From an uncultured Clostridia bacterium (GTDB lineage Bacteria > Bacillota > Clostridia > TANB77 > CAG-508): 64,000 nucleotides of DNA. Location of the stretch: NCBI GenBank assembly GCA_947627185.1, contig CANQVF010000007.1:14846-78845 (forward strand). The letters run 5' to 3'. Both the position numbers and the translations under genes were made by a program. Under the pieces are notes generated by a model that was not told the DNA's origin, searched no databases, and was given only the letters and a program-made list of their open reading frames with translations. Of this stretch, positions 49,769 through 60,109 are shown piece after piece (positions within the stretch are counted from its first letter, which is position 1; the number at the start of each line of letters is the position of its first letter).

Positions 49769-52543
49769 TTAAGATAAATTGTCTCTACATCTTTCACATA
49801 AAGTAGGATGTTCTGCACTTTCCCCAACAGTTTCTGAATACATCCAGCATCTTTCACATTTTTCGCCTTTTGCTCTTTCTACTTTTATTCCTATTGGAAC
49901 TTCTGAATCTTCATTTCTTCTGTTTTCATGTAGTTCAACATCTGATACTATAAATATTTCTTTTAAAAGTTCTTCTTTTCCTTTTAAGAATTCATATTCA
50001 TCATTTTCTGCAAATAATGTAACTTTTGCTTCTAGTGAAAGACCTATATCTTTATTTGCTCTTGCTATTTCTAATTTTTTAGAAACTTCATCCTTAACTC
50101 TTATTAATTTTTCCCATTTTAAAGATAATGTATCATTATCATATTTAGGATTTGGTTTTGGATAATATTCTAACATAACGCTTTCAAGATTTTCACCTTT
50201 TTTATGTGGCATATATTCCCAAATTTCTTCTGCAGTAAAGCATGTCATTGGAGCTAAAATTCTAACTAAACTTGATAATATTTCATACATTGTAGTTTGA
50301 GCAGCTCTTCTTTCTAGTGATTGTGGCTTTGAAGTATATAATCTATCTTTTATTATATCTAAATAGAATTGGCTCATATCAACAACGCAAAATTGATTTA
50401 TAGCTTGATATGCCTCATGAAATTCATAAGTATCATAAGCTTTTGTGCAAGTTTTAATTAATCTATTTAATCTAGTTAAAGCCCATTTATCTATTTCTTT
50501 TAAATCTTCATAAGGAACTGGATTATTTACATCAAAATCGAAAGTGTTTCCTAAAATATATCTTGCTGTATTTCTTATTTTTCTATAAACTTCTGTTACT
50601 TGTTTTATAATATTTTTAGATACACTTACATCTGATTGATAATCTGATGCTAAAACCCAAAGTCTTAAAACATCTGCACCAGATTCTTTTATTATTTCTT
50701 GTGGAGCAATAACATTTCCAATAGATTTTGACATTTTTCTTCCTTGTTCATCTACTGTATATCCATGTGTTAAAACTTCTTTATAAGGTGCTTTGCCATT
50801 TACAGCAACAGATGTTAGAAGTGAAGATTGGAACCAACCTCTATATTGGTCTGATCCTTCAAGATACATATCTGCTGGTGGTAATCCTCTTTCTGCAAGA
50901 ACAGATTCATGTGTTGAACCAGAATCAAACCAAACATCCATTATATCTGTTTCTTTCTTGAATTCTGTACAGCCACAAGAACATTTTGCACCTTCTGGCA
51001 TTAGTTCTTTTTCAGATAAATCAAACCATGCATTTGTTCCTTTTTCTTTTACTATTTCTTGAACTTTTTTCAAGCTTTCTTCGGTAACATACTCTTTTTC
51101 ACAATTTTTACAATAAAAAATTGGAATTGGGACTCCCCATGTTCTTTGACGAGAAATGCACCAATCATTTCTGTCTTCAACCATTTTAGAAATTCTTTCT
51201 TCTCCCCAAGAAGGATACCATTTAACAGTTTTTATTGCATCTAAAGTTTCTTTTCTAAATCCATCTACTGATGCAAACCATTGACTTGTAGCTCTAAAAA
51301 TAACTGGTTTTTTGCATCTCCAACAATGTGGATAAGAGTGATTTACAACTTGGCTTGTTAAAAGTAAATTATGTTCATCTAACCATTTAATAATTTCTTT
51401 GTCAGATTTTGCATAATACATATCTTTAAATGGTCCAGCACCTTCTCCTCTTTGAACACCTTTGCTGTCTACTAAAACTATTATATCGCTTCCTTTTTTT
51501 AGTCCTAATAAATAGTCTTCTTTACCATAGCTTGGTGCAATATGAACACAGCCAGAACCTGTTCCTAATTCTACATTAACTGTATCTTCACTACCAGTTA
51601 CAACTTTTGAATCTCTATCTAAGAATGGATGTTTACAAATAACACCTTCTAATTTTTCTCCATCAATTTCTTGAACAATTTTATAATTCTCTTTTCCAGC
51701 AATTTTCATAACTGATTCTACAAGTTCTTTTGCAAAAATTAATTTTTCTCCATCTACTTCTACAACTGCATATTTAAAATCTGGTCCTACAGCTATCATT
51801 GTGTTTCCTGGTAAAGTCCAAGGAGTTGTTGTCCAAATTACTACATAAGCATTTTTTGCATCAAATAGACCTTTAGAATCTTTTACTGGAAATTTAACAT
51901 AAGCTGTATTTGAATTTACATCTTTATATTCTATTTCAGCTTCTGCTAAAGCTGTTTCACAGTCTGTGCACCAATAAACTGGTTTTAAGCCTTTATAGAT
52001 ATAACCTTTTTTATACATATCAGCAAATACACCAATTTGCTTTGCTTCCATTTGTGGCTGATAAGTAACATAAGGATTTTTCCAATCTCCAAGAACACCT
52101 AAACGTTTAAATCCTTCTGTTTGTTTATCTTTATATGTCATAGTAAATTCTCTACAAGTATCCCTAAATTTATTTACAGGAATTTCATCCCTATTTAATC
52201 CTAATTTTTCAATAGCTTTTTTCTCTGTTGGCATACCATGTGTATCATAACCTGGTATGTAAGGAGTATAAAATCCTTGTAAATTTTTATATCTTACAAT
52301 AGTATCTTTTAAAACCTTGTTTAAAGCATGACCTATATGAATTTCTCCATTTGCATAAGGTGGTCCATCATGTAACACAAAAGGTGTTTTTCCTTCATTT
52401 TTCTTTAACATTTTTTCATATAAGTCTTTTTCAAATACTTTTTCTTGTATTTTAGGCTCATTTTCTGGCAAATTTGCTCTCATTGGAAAATCTGTTTTTG
52501 GTAAATTTAAAGTTTTTCCATAATCTTTCTTTTCTTCACACAT
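49769..52543 (-). CDS. ileS: isoleucine--tRNA ligase
   Basis: 924 aa. HIGH (PYANGEIHIGHALN), KMSKS, editing domain and C-terminal zinc finger (CxxC...CxxC). Confidence 0.95.
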   Translation of the reverse strand: MCEEKKDYGKTLNLPKTDFPMRANLPENEPKIQEKVFEKDLYEKMLKKNEGKTPFVLHDGPPYANGEIHIGHALNKVLKDTIVRYKNLQGFYTPYIPGYDTHGMPTEKKAIEKLGLNRDEIPVNKFRDTCREFTMTYKDKQTEGFKRLGVLGDWKNPYVTYQPQMEAKQIGVFADMYKKGYIYKGLKPVYWCTDCETALAEAEIEYKDVNSNTAYVKFPVKDSKGLFDAKNAYVVIWTTTPWTLPGNTMIAVGPDFKYAVVEVDGEKLIFAKELVESVMKIAGKENYKIVQEIDGEKLEGVICKHPFLDRDSKVVTGSEDTVNVELGTGSGCVHIAPSYGKEDYLLGLKKGSDIIVLVDSKGVQRGEGAGPFKDMYYAKSDKEIIKWLDEHNLLLTSQVVNHSYPHCWRCKKPVIFRATSQWFASVDGFRKETLDAIKTVKWYPSWGEERISKMVEDRNDWCISRQRTWGVPIPIFYCKNCEKEYVTEESLKKVQEIVKEKGTNAWFDLSEKELMPEGAKCSCGCTEFKKETDIMDVWFDSGSTHESVLAERGLPPADMYLEGSDQYRGWFQSSLLTSVAVNGKAPYKEVLTHGYTVDEQGRKMSKSIGNVIAPQEIIKESGADVLRLWVLASDYQSDVSVSKNIIKQVTEVYRKIRNTARYILGNTFDFDVNNPVPYEDLKEIDKWALTRLNRLIKTCTKAYDTYEFHEAYQAINQFCVVDMSQFYLDIIKDRLYTSKPQSLERRAAQTTMYEILSSLVRILAPMTCFTAEEIWEYMPHKKGENLESVMLEYYPKPNPKYDNDTLSLKWEKLIRVKDEVSKKLEIARANKDIGLSLEAKVTLFAENDEYEFLKGKEELLKEIFIVSDVELHENRRNEDSEVPIGIKVERAKGEKCERCWMYSETVGESAEHPTLCERCRDNLS

Positions 52544-52582
52544 TTTAAATTTCTCCTTTTATATTAATTTTTTTATTTTAAT

Positions 52583-54142
52583 TTATATAATATTTATAAA
52601 ATTTATTATATCCATTATTGTAGCAATATTAATTATTGTTATTAATGACAAAGTTATTGAATAAAATACTTTTTTATTGATTTTTACTTTTTCTAAAATA
52701 TATTCTAATCCCATCATAAAAAGCGGAACTATTGCCCAAGAAAAATATATTATAAATAAAGGTGATCCATCAATAGACCAATTTAGTCCTACAAAAAGTA
52801 TAAAAGAAAATAATGTCCACATAGCACATGCTTTTACAAAAAAAGATTTTCTATTTTTAATTATTCCAATAATAATTATTGCTATTATTACCAAAGATAA
52901 TATATTAATATTCGTTGTTATTGAATCCCACCAATACATTCCATTTAAAGCATTAGATGGTAATGCAACAAATACATTCTGAATCATTTTTGTAGTAGAT
53001 ATTAGTCTTTCTGTAATAGAATAATCATGGCTTGCAAACCTAGATTTTGTTAATAATAAATCTTGATAACCATTTTTAAATATTCCATATCTTCCTAAAC
53101 AAATAAAAATTAATACTGTTATTAATATTATTTTAAATACTTTTACTATTTTTTCCTTTATTTTACTTGAATTTATTAATTCTAAAATTCCAATAAAGCA
53201 ACTCGTTGGCATACATCCTGCTGAAAGTATCAAACTCAGTATAGAACCATCTTTTTGCTTTTTGCAAACATCAGACACATATAGAATTATCAAAAAAGTA
53301 CATAAAATATATTTTTCAAAAAATAATAAATATAATATACTTGAAAAAGATAACATATATGCTATAAATATACTTTTCTTTTGCGTTAAATTTTTTATTA
53401 TAAGACCCATAAGTATTAGTAATTGAACATTAATAAATTGCAAAATAATTGCTTCTACTACTGAAGTTAAATTTCCGTTAAAGAAGAATTTAACAACAGA
53501 ATCAACAACTGCATATATAGGAAAAGTTACTATACTTAAAAGTGGATGCCTAATATCATAGTATGTAGGGTTTGGAAATATTTTTTCACTACAATATCCA
53601 CAATCTAAAGAATATACTTTATCATATACTAAATAAAAATTAGAATTATAAAAATATAAAATTGTTATAAGAATAAGACCTACTATACTCAAAAATAAAT
53701 AAGCTTTTTTATCCCAATCATCTAATTCTTTATATAAATCTGTTAATTTTTGTTTTAGACTATTTCCAATAAAAATCGCTATATATGATGCTGATATTAC
53801 AGAGATTATAAAACCTCTTAATCTAAACGGATTAAAAAATAAATATTCAAAATTATTTTTTAAACTCATACCTTTTATTAAATATAGTTTATAAATAGTT
53901 AAAATTGCTAAAAATATACATATTATTGAAAAATTTGTTTCTTTTTTTAAATTATCTATATTTTCATTCATTGTTTTATAATATAAAAATATAGATGCAA
54001 AAAAAGAAACTATCATTGTTACCAATATTATTTCTTCTGTATAATCAGGAACAATAATTTGAAATGATAAAATAGATGAAGAAATAGCAAAAACTATTCC
54101 AAAAATAATTTTAAAAGCATTTGATAATATTTTTTTATTCAT
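52583..54142 (-). CDS. large polytopic membrane protein (paralog family, GT-C-like topology) between the T-box leader and ileS
   Basis: 519 aa, ~13 TM helices. Its C-terminal region resembles the other two paralogs. Only 39 nt separate its stop from the ileS start. Confidence 0.6.
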   Translation of the reverse strand: MNKKILSNAFKIIFGIVFAISSSILSFQIIVPDYTEEIILVTMIVSFFASIFLYYKTMNENIDNLKKETNFSIICIFLAILTIYKLYLIKGMSLKNNFEYLFFNPFRLRGFIISVISASYIAIFIGNSLKQKLTDLYKELDDWDKKAYLFLSIVGLILITILYFYNSNFYLVYDKVYSLDCGYCSEKIFPNPTYYDIRHPLLSIVTFPIYAVVDSVVKFFFNGNLTSVVEAIILQFINVQLLILMGLIIKNLTQKKSIFIAYMLSFSSILYLLFFEKYILCTFLIILYVSDVCKKQKDGSILSLILSAGCMPTSCFIGILELINSSKIKEKIVKVFKIILITVLIFICLGRYGIFKNGYQDLLLTKSRFASHDYSITERLISTTKMIQNVFVALPSNALNGMYWWDSITTNINILSLVIIAIIIIGIIKNRKSFFVKACAMWTLFSFILFVGLNWSIDGSPLFIIYFSWAIVPLFMMGLEYILEKVKINKKVFYSITLSLITIINIATIMDIINFINII

Positions 54143-54165
54143 TTCATTTCCTCCAAAACAAAATC

Positions 54166-54375
54166 AAAAAAACCATTTCATCTCAAATAGGACGAAATGG
54201 TTTATAATTCCGCGGTACCACCTAATTTAATTAATAAAATATTAATTCACTTAAAATCTTTTAACGCAAGATATACGAATTATTTTACTACACTATTTCA
54301 AATAATCAACTCCAAGGTGATAATAAATAAATCTTCCTACTAGTTTTCACCAAACACTAGCTCTCTTTCAAGGTT
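54166..54375 (-). promoter_or_regulatory. T-box riboswitch leader (probable Ile specifier) with intrinsic terminator
   Basis: Minus strand reads ...GAAAGAGAG... stem I ...AATTAGGTGGTACCGCGG (conserved T-box sequence), then terminator AAACCATTTCGTCCTATTTGAGATGAAATGGTTTTTTT. ATC-A occurs in the putative specifier region (TTATCACC). Confidence 0.7.
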
Positions 54376-54616
54376 TTAATCTATTTACCAAGTCCTTTTC
54401 AAAGTTTTTTCTTATTAATATTAATATAATAACATCATTTACATAATTTTGTCAATATTTATTTTTACTATAATTTTACAAAATTGATATTTTTTGATAT
54501 AATTATATTAACTAGTTTTTTATTATTTATTAGGAAGTAATTTCCATATATTATGAAAGCTCTAGTTATGTACATTGACATCACCAATACAATAAATTGA
54601 AAGGAATGAAAACATT

Positions 54617-56416
54617 ATGAACAAAATTAACAAGTTGATTCACTGTAATCCCGTTGTAGCAATGCCTAAAGAAGTTATTCGGCGTAAAAACATGATTCTT
54701 TTAGTTGAAATTATTTCTACTGGAATTCTTGACATTTTGAGTTTTTCAATAAAAGGAGCTCAATATGCAATCACTGCAAAACTTAATCTTCTTGCATTTA
54801 TTTTTATAATATTGTACTTCTTAAGAGATGTTTTGCAAGCAACTATTCAAACTTTCACCAATTCACAAAAAAACAGATTTAATGAACAACAAGATTCTTT
54901 CATTATTGAAAATGTAGGCGATATATCCAATACTGTTCGTGGCAAAGTTCTCTCGCAAGATAATGAATTTTCAAAAATTATGACTAATTCTGAAGTCATT
55001 TTAGTCATGAAAGAATTTATTGGTTACATTTGGCAATTCATTATTAGAATACCAACAGCTATTTCAAATATTGTTACAGCAATTATTTTATCTATTGGTA
55101 TCATAATATCTGAATTTTTGCAAACCAAGGACTTAAAGCTTACTATTTATCTCAGTGCAATTCTATTAATTTGTATCATTGTTTTTGCAATTCTCTATTC
55201 AATTAGGTTTAAAATTCGCAAAAACTATAGGGAAAAGCACAGAAAACTTAGGAAAGAAAATGAAGTTCTCTTCAATGATATAAAAAATATTGAACCTCTT
55301 ATTACTGAAGAATTCACATATAGAGTTAATCTACTTGTTGAAAATATTCGTAATAAAAGAGCTACAGAAAAAGATGAGTACTTCAATCTAAATGTTGTTC
55401 AGGTTCTTAGAACCATTGTTTTAGCGATTTTTATGATAGGCATTATACTTATTAAGCTTTACTATGTAGGTGGTATAAACAAACTTTCTATAGTTGTTAT
55501 AACAGACATTTTGGCAATTTCATCAGTTTATTCTACTATCTTAAACAAAGTGGATTCAATTCTTCGAAATTTTGAAGAAATGGCAAATCTCTTTAAAGAT
55601 GCAGAAGCTGTAAAACCAGATTTTGACAAAATAATGGCTGTAAACGATGCTGAAAAGAAAGTAAAATTCTCATCAGATGAGTGCATTGATCATATTAGAA
55701 TTAATCCATTTATTTTCTCATACTCATCAGCAAAAAATTCTGTATATAAATTGCAGAATACCGCTTCTATTCTTCTTGAAAAAGGAAAATCATATCTTGT
55801 AAGTGGACACACTGGTTGTGGAAAATCTACATTAATGCACTTACTAACTGGAAAAATAAAACTTGATGAATCACCTATGTCGTATAGTAATCAAAAAAGT
55901 AAAGCTACTAGGGCTTATCTGGCTTCTATTATGCATGAAAGCAATGGTAGACTTGGTAGTAATTCAATTTTAGAGGAGCTTATTTTTAGTAAAAAATTTT
56001 CAACACTTAATAAATCTAAAATGGTTGAAATTCTTCACGGAACACGCATATATGAAGATATAATGCGTAACTTGGGACTAACAAAACCTAATGATGATAA
56101 AGTGTTAGAATATTTAAGGACAACATCAATTGTTCAATACTCCTCTGGTCAAAAGCAAAGGCTGGCAATTGTTAAAGTTTTATACAACTTAAATTCCAAA
56201 CATAAAGTCGTTGTTTTTGATGAGGCTACAAATGCTTTGGATAATGAGACAGCAAAGTCGGTTCTTAAATTTATGGCAGACTATTGTCAAAAAGATCAAC
56301 CTAGAATTGTGTTCTTTGTGACACATCAGGTAGATATAACAAAGCAGATTACAAATGCCTCAATTGAATTTCATTCGAAAATATTCCCAATTTTTGAAAT
56401 TGGACTAGCGAAATAA
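54617..56416 (+). CDS. ABC transporter, fused permease-ATPase (exporter type)
   Basis: 599 aa. N-terminal 5-6 TM; Walker A GHTGCGKST, signature YSSGQKQRL, Walker B VVVFDEAT. Confidence 0.75.
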   Translation: MNKINKLIHCNPVVAMPKEVIRRKNMILLVEIISTGILDILSFSIKGAQYAITAKLNLLAFIFIILYFLRDVLQATIQTFTNSQKNRFNEQQDSFIIENVGDISNTVRGKVLSQDNEFSKIMTNSEVILVMKEFIGYIWQFIIRIPTAISNIVTAIILSIGIIISEFLQTKDLKLTIYLSAILLICIIVFAILYSIRFKIRKNYREKHRKLRKENEVLFNDIKNIEPLITEEFTYRVNLLVENIRNKRATEKDEYFNLNVVQVLRTIVLAIFMIGIILIKLYYVGGINKLSIVVITDILAISSVYSTILNKVDSILRNFEEMANLFKDAEAVKPDFDKIMAVNDAEKKVKFSSDECIDHIRINPFIFSYSSAKNSVYKLQNTASILLEKGKSYLVSGHTGCGKSTLMHLLTGKIKLDESPMSYSNQKSKATRAYLASIMHESNGRLGSNSILEELIFSKKFSTLNKSKMVEILHGTRIYEDIMRNLGLTKPNDDKVLEYLRTTSIVQYSSGQKQRLAIVKVLYNLNSKHKVVVFDEATNALDNETAKSVLKFMADYCQKDQPRIVFFVTHQVDITKQITNASIEFHSKIFPIFEIGLAK

Positions 56417-56425
56417 CAGCAATAA

Positions 56426-56465
56426 CCCCGGCTCCTGCACTTACAGGAACCGGGGCTTTCATTTT
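56426..56465 (+). terminator. GC-rich rho-independent terminator
   Basis: ccccggctcctg-cactta-caggaaccgggg + ctttcatttt; atypically GC-rich for this genome. Confidence 0.7.
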
Positions 56466-56471
56466 CATAAT

Positions 56472-57717
56472 TTATTTAACATTTTTTATTATTCCTAAAG
56501 CTGCCTTTTTACCTGCTGCTAAAGCTCTGCATACTGTTGCTTTACTTTCTGTATTATCTCCCCCTGCATACACATTAGACAAATTTGTTTTTCCATTTTC
56601 ATCAATTTTTATATATCCCCATTCATCAAGTTCAATCCCTTGATTTTGAATTAACACTTTATCTGGTTTTAAACCTATTGCAAAAACAACAGTATCTGCT
56701 TTTTCTTCAAATTCTTTTGCATCTTTTACATCCACTGCTTTTCCATCTATTATTTCTGTTTTAACACAATTTACAGATTTAATATTTCCGATTTATTTCA
56801 TTTGCAGAAACAACTCTTATTAATTCTTTAAACTCTACTCCATCTTTTATTGCATCATCTAGTTCTATTTCTCTAGCTGGCATATGTTTTCTATCTCTAC
56901 GATATAATATTTTTACTTTTTCAGCTCCCATTTTTACAGCTACTCTTGCAGAATCCATTGCTACATTTCCTCCGCCAATTACAACAACTGTTCCTAAATT
57001 TTTTAAAAATTTATTTTCATTATAAGCTTTTAAAAACACATCTGAATCATAAATATTTTTTAATTCTTTTTCATACAAAGAATATCTTGAAGATTTTGGA
57101 GCACCAATTCCTAAAAATACTGCATCATATTTTTCTGAAATTTCTTTTAATGAAAAGTCTTTTCCAAGTTCTTTATTAGTTATAAATTTTGCTCCCATTT
57201 CTTCAAGTTTATTTATAACTTCTTCAACATAATTCTTAGATAATCTAAAGTCTGGAATTCCATAAATTAAAATTCCACCTGGAATGCTATCTTTTTCATA
57301 AATATCAACTTCATATCCATTTTTTAATAATTCAAAACCGCATTCAATTCCGGCAGGTCCTGAACCAATAATTGCAACTTTTTTACCTACACTTTTTTCT
57401 ATATTTATTTTGTAATTATATCCTTCTTTTTCTGCCCATTCATTAACATATTTTTCTAAAAGTCCAATATGAGTTGGATATGATTTTATTCCTCTTATGC
57501 AACTTCCTTCACATTGTTCTTCTTGTGGACAAATAATACTACAAATATGTGAACAAATATTATTTTCTTGCAAAATATTATAAGCTTTTTTCAAATTATT
57601 ATTTTTTATTTCTGATATAAATTCTGGTATTTGTGTTTTTATTGGACAACCTTTTTCACTACAAGGTTTTAATTTGCAATTTAAACAATAATTCGCCATT
57701 TCTTCTATGTTTTCCAT
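56472..57717 (-). pseudogene. glutamate synthase small-subunit (GltD/NfnB/SudA)-like FAD/NAD(P) oxidoreductase disrupted by a +1 frameshift
   Basis: N-terminal 2x[4Fe-4S]-binding Cys clusters and GSGPAG...GGGNVAMD Rossmann motifs in ORF 56779..57717; the C-terminus continues in ORF 56472..56735 (TVVFAIGLKP...VYAGGD). The frames join across an extra C in aatCggaaat (~56797). No partner large subunit is adjacent. Confidence 0.65.
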
Positions 57718-57784
57718 TTTTAGTACTCCTATTATTTTTTCATTTACTTTTTTATATTTTATCTAACTTTATTTTTAATTTTAA

Positions 57785-57934
57785 ATTATTTATCTTTTTT
57801 ATTCTTTTTTGTAATTTTAGCAAATTTGTTTGCATTTTCTTTTTGTTTATCTAAAGGAAGCCAAGCAAATTCAGAACAAACCTGCTCTCCATATAAAGTA
57901 ACATTATCCTTATCATCATCAAAATCTTTATTCA
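57785..57934 (-). CDS. small hypothetical protein (49 aa)
   Basis: RBS ctggaggataaaattATG; MNKDFDDDKDNVTLYGEQVCSEFAWLPLDKQKENANKFAKITKKNKKDK*. Confidence 0.3.
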
Positions 57935-58033
57935 TAATTTTATCCTCCAGATATTAGTATTTCTAATATCTGTCGAATTATACTAAATTATAAGATTTGC
58001 ATTTCATTAAGCCTATAAAGATGTTTTTACTAT

Positions 58034-59731
58034 TTATTCGCTTTTAATTTCAATTTCATCTTTTTTACTATATTTTTTTATAAAATTTATTAACAAACAT
58101 ATAAAAACATAAATTGAAATACCTTTAAATATCTCTATTAAAGGAAATACTCCTGCAGCATAAAAAGTTCTATATGTTATTAACATTTTTTCTTCAAAGA
58201 AACTTAAAAACAAATTTAATTCAAAACATAGTACGATTGAACTTAAAAATACTCCTGTCATAATAAACCATAAATTTAATTTTTCAAAATTTCTATTTTT
58301 CATTTCAGCTAACATACAGACTGTAAAAGCTATATATCCAATGATTGCTAAAATATTTGTTGGTACTGCTAATGTTTTATATATATTAACAATTATATTA
58401 GATGCATTTTTCACAACAATTGAAAAATTATTATTACTATTATTTTGACCTAATCTTAAGAATTTTTGTACTTCATTTATTTCATCAATAGTTCCTGAAT
58501 TTTTTGATTCAACAATTCCACAGTCATCATATTTTGAAAAATCCCATAACCAATCAACAGACTTTGGCATTAAATTCCAAATTTCAATATAAGTTAATCC
58601 TTTTATTTGAGAAGCTATATGAATTTTTCTATCTTTAATTAATGTTCCATTATTAAAAGCATCTTCAAGTTCTCTATTTACTTTCTCACAAAATTCTTTT
58701 GATTTTACTGCATTTTCATCATAATATCCATGCACAGACATAATATATCTTATTTTCCAAACAATATAATCTCCTGGAACTTCATCATCCTTATTTGTAT
58801 ATGCTTTACAAACTTCCATATCTTGTTTTAATTCTGATAAAGTAGGACTTACATTATATGCTTTTTCCATCATATTTTGAGTTACCCAAATTGTTTTATC
58901 TTGTATTGGTTTATCATCTTCTATTGAAAATAAATTTGTCATCATTTTTCCAAAATCTGAATTTGATTTATCATTTAAATCAAATATTCCATAATATTTA
59001 TTGTTCATAAAACAAATTAAAAGTCCAAAAATTAAACATATTGCTATTGGTATAATTAATGATATTGATTTTTTTAATAAATTTTTTCTATCAAAAATTA
59101 TTATCCAAATTAAAATTAACAAAGATATTGTTCCAACAAAAGGTGCAATCCATATAGAATCTTCTTTTAAGAACCAAAAAAATGATAGTGAAATTCCTGA
59201 AATAATACTCCATAAATATAAATTTTTCACATTTTGATTTCTTCTTAAAAATAGTCCTATATAACCACCAAAAGCTAATAATACAGCAAAAGGAATTATT
59301 GCATTACGATAATTTCTTTGTGAAATTAATGTAGTAAATCCTGTAGGTGAAAATAAAATTACTATATAGCATAAAAATAACCATTTCTTATTTATTTTTG
59401 GAGATAAAGCTTTACATATTAATAAAGCTGATAATATATTTAATATAGCAAGTCCAATAGTATATGGAATCATTAACTTATTACATATTGCTTCAAAAAA
59501 AGAAAAACTTATTGCTTTGCATAATCTTAATTGGTCATATGTACCTAGCCAATTTCCAGATGTAATTTGATTTGCATATTCATATAATATTCCATCATCA
59601 GCCTTTTCAACACTATAAATATATATAGGTGTAAAAAACCACATAATTACTCTAATAAAAGTAATTAAAATTAATAAAATTAGAATTATTTTTTCAGATT
59701 TTTCTGAAATTTCTATTTTTAATTTTTCCAT
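58034..59731 (-). CDS. large polytopic membrane protein (third paralog; GT-C-like: N-terminal TM bundle, ~200-aa extracytoplasmic domain, C-terminal TMs)
   Basis: 565 aa; C-terminal IIGYIAFTVCMLAEMKNRNFEKLNLWFIMTG... resembles the paralogs' C-termini. Confidence 0.6.
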   Translation of the reverse strand: MEKLKIEISEKSEKIILILLILITFIRVIMWFFTPIYIYSVEKADDGILYEYANQITSGNWLGTYDQLRLCKAISFSFFEAICNKLMIPYTIGLAILNILSALLICKALSPKINKKWLFLCYIVILFSPTGFTTLISQRNYRNAIIPFAVLLAFGGYIGLFLRRNQNVKNLYLWSIISGISLSFFWFLKEDSIWIAPFVGTISLLILIWIIIFDRKNLLKKSISLIIPIAICLIFGLLICFMNNKYYGIFDLNDKSNSDFGKMMTNLFSIEDDKPIQDKTIWVTQNMMEKAYNVSPTLSELKQDMEVCKAYTNKDDEVPGDYIVWKIRYIMSVHGYYDENAVKSKEFCEKVNRELEDAFNNGTLIKDRKIHIASQIKGLTYIEIWNLMPKSVDWLWDFSKYDDCGIVESKNSGTIDEINEVQKFLRLGQNNSNNNFSIVVKNASNIIVNIYKTLAVPTNILAIIGYIAFTVCMLAEMKNRNFEKLNLWFIMTGVFLSSIVLCFELNLFLSFFEEKMLITYRTFYAAGVFPLIEIFKGISIYVFICLLINFIKKYSKKDEIEIKSE

Positions 59732-59894
59732 ATTATTTTCTCCAAATTTTATATAATACTTTTTATAGACATAATAATTTCATTCATTAAATTGAATAAT
59801 ATCATTATAACATTTTTTATTTCAAAAAATCTATGAATTCTAAAATATTTTTTAATATTTTGCTATGCAAATATATTATCTAGTAAGACTGATT

Positions 59895-59937
59895 AACACA
59901 TCGAACGGGCAAGTTACAGATGTGTTTTTTTATTGTT
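59895..59937. repeat. 43-nt hairpin/terminator repeat, copy 1 (aacacatcgaacgggcaagttacagatgtgtttttttattgtt)
   Basis: 42/43 identical to copy 2 at 62904..62946. Confidence 0.8.
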
Positions 59938-59947
59938 ATCTTTAAGT

Positions 59948-59989
59948 AAAAGAAAAAGCAGATTTTTCAATCTGCTTTTTCTGGTGCGG
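59948..59989. repeat. partial duplicate of the tRNA-Leu 3' end plus its terminator hairpin (att-like remnant)
   Basis: aaaagaaaaagcagatttttcaatctgcttt..tggtgcgg matches 63615..63656 (tRNA-Leu terminator + CCGCACCA 3' end). Confidence 0.75.
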
Positions 59990-60109
59990 GCAACATAGAT
60001 ATTTACAACTCGCTGGCTCTATCAAAGATTGATATAAAATTATCAATCAGTTTTTATTATTAATTTAGCATAACATTTTAAATTATGGAAGCTTATCATT
60101 AAGAAATTA

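Noticed and set aside
54430-54616. Possible regulatory RNA upstream of the ABC transporter
   Set aside because: Only AT-rich promoter-like sequence with no conserved riboswitch motifs that I could recognise.
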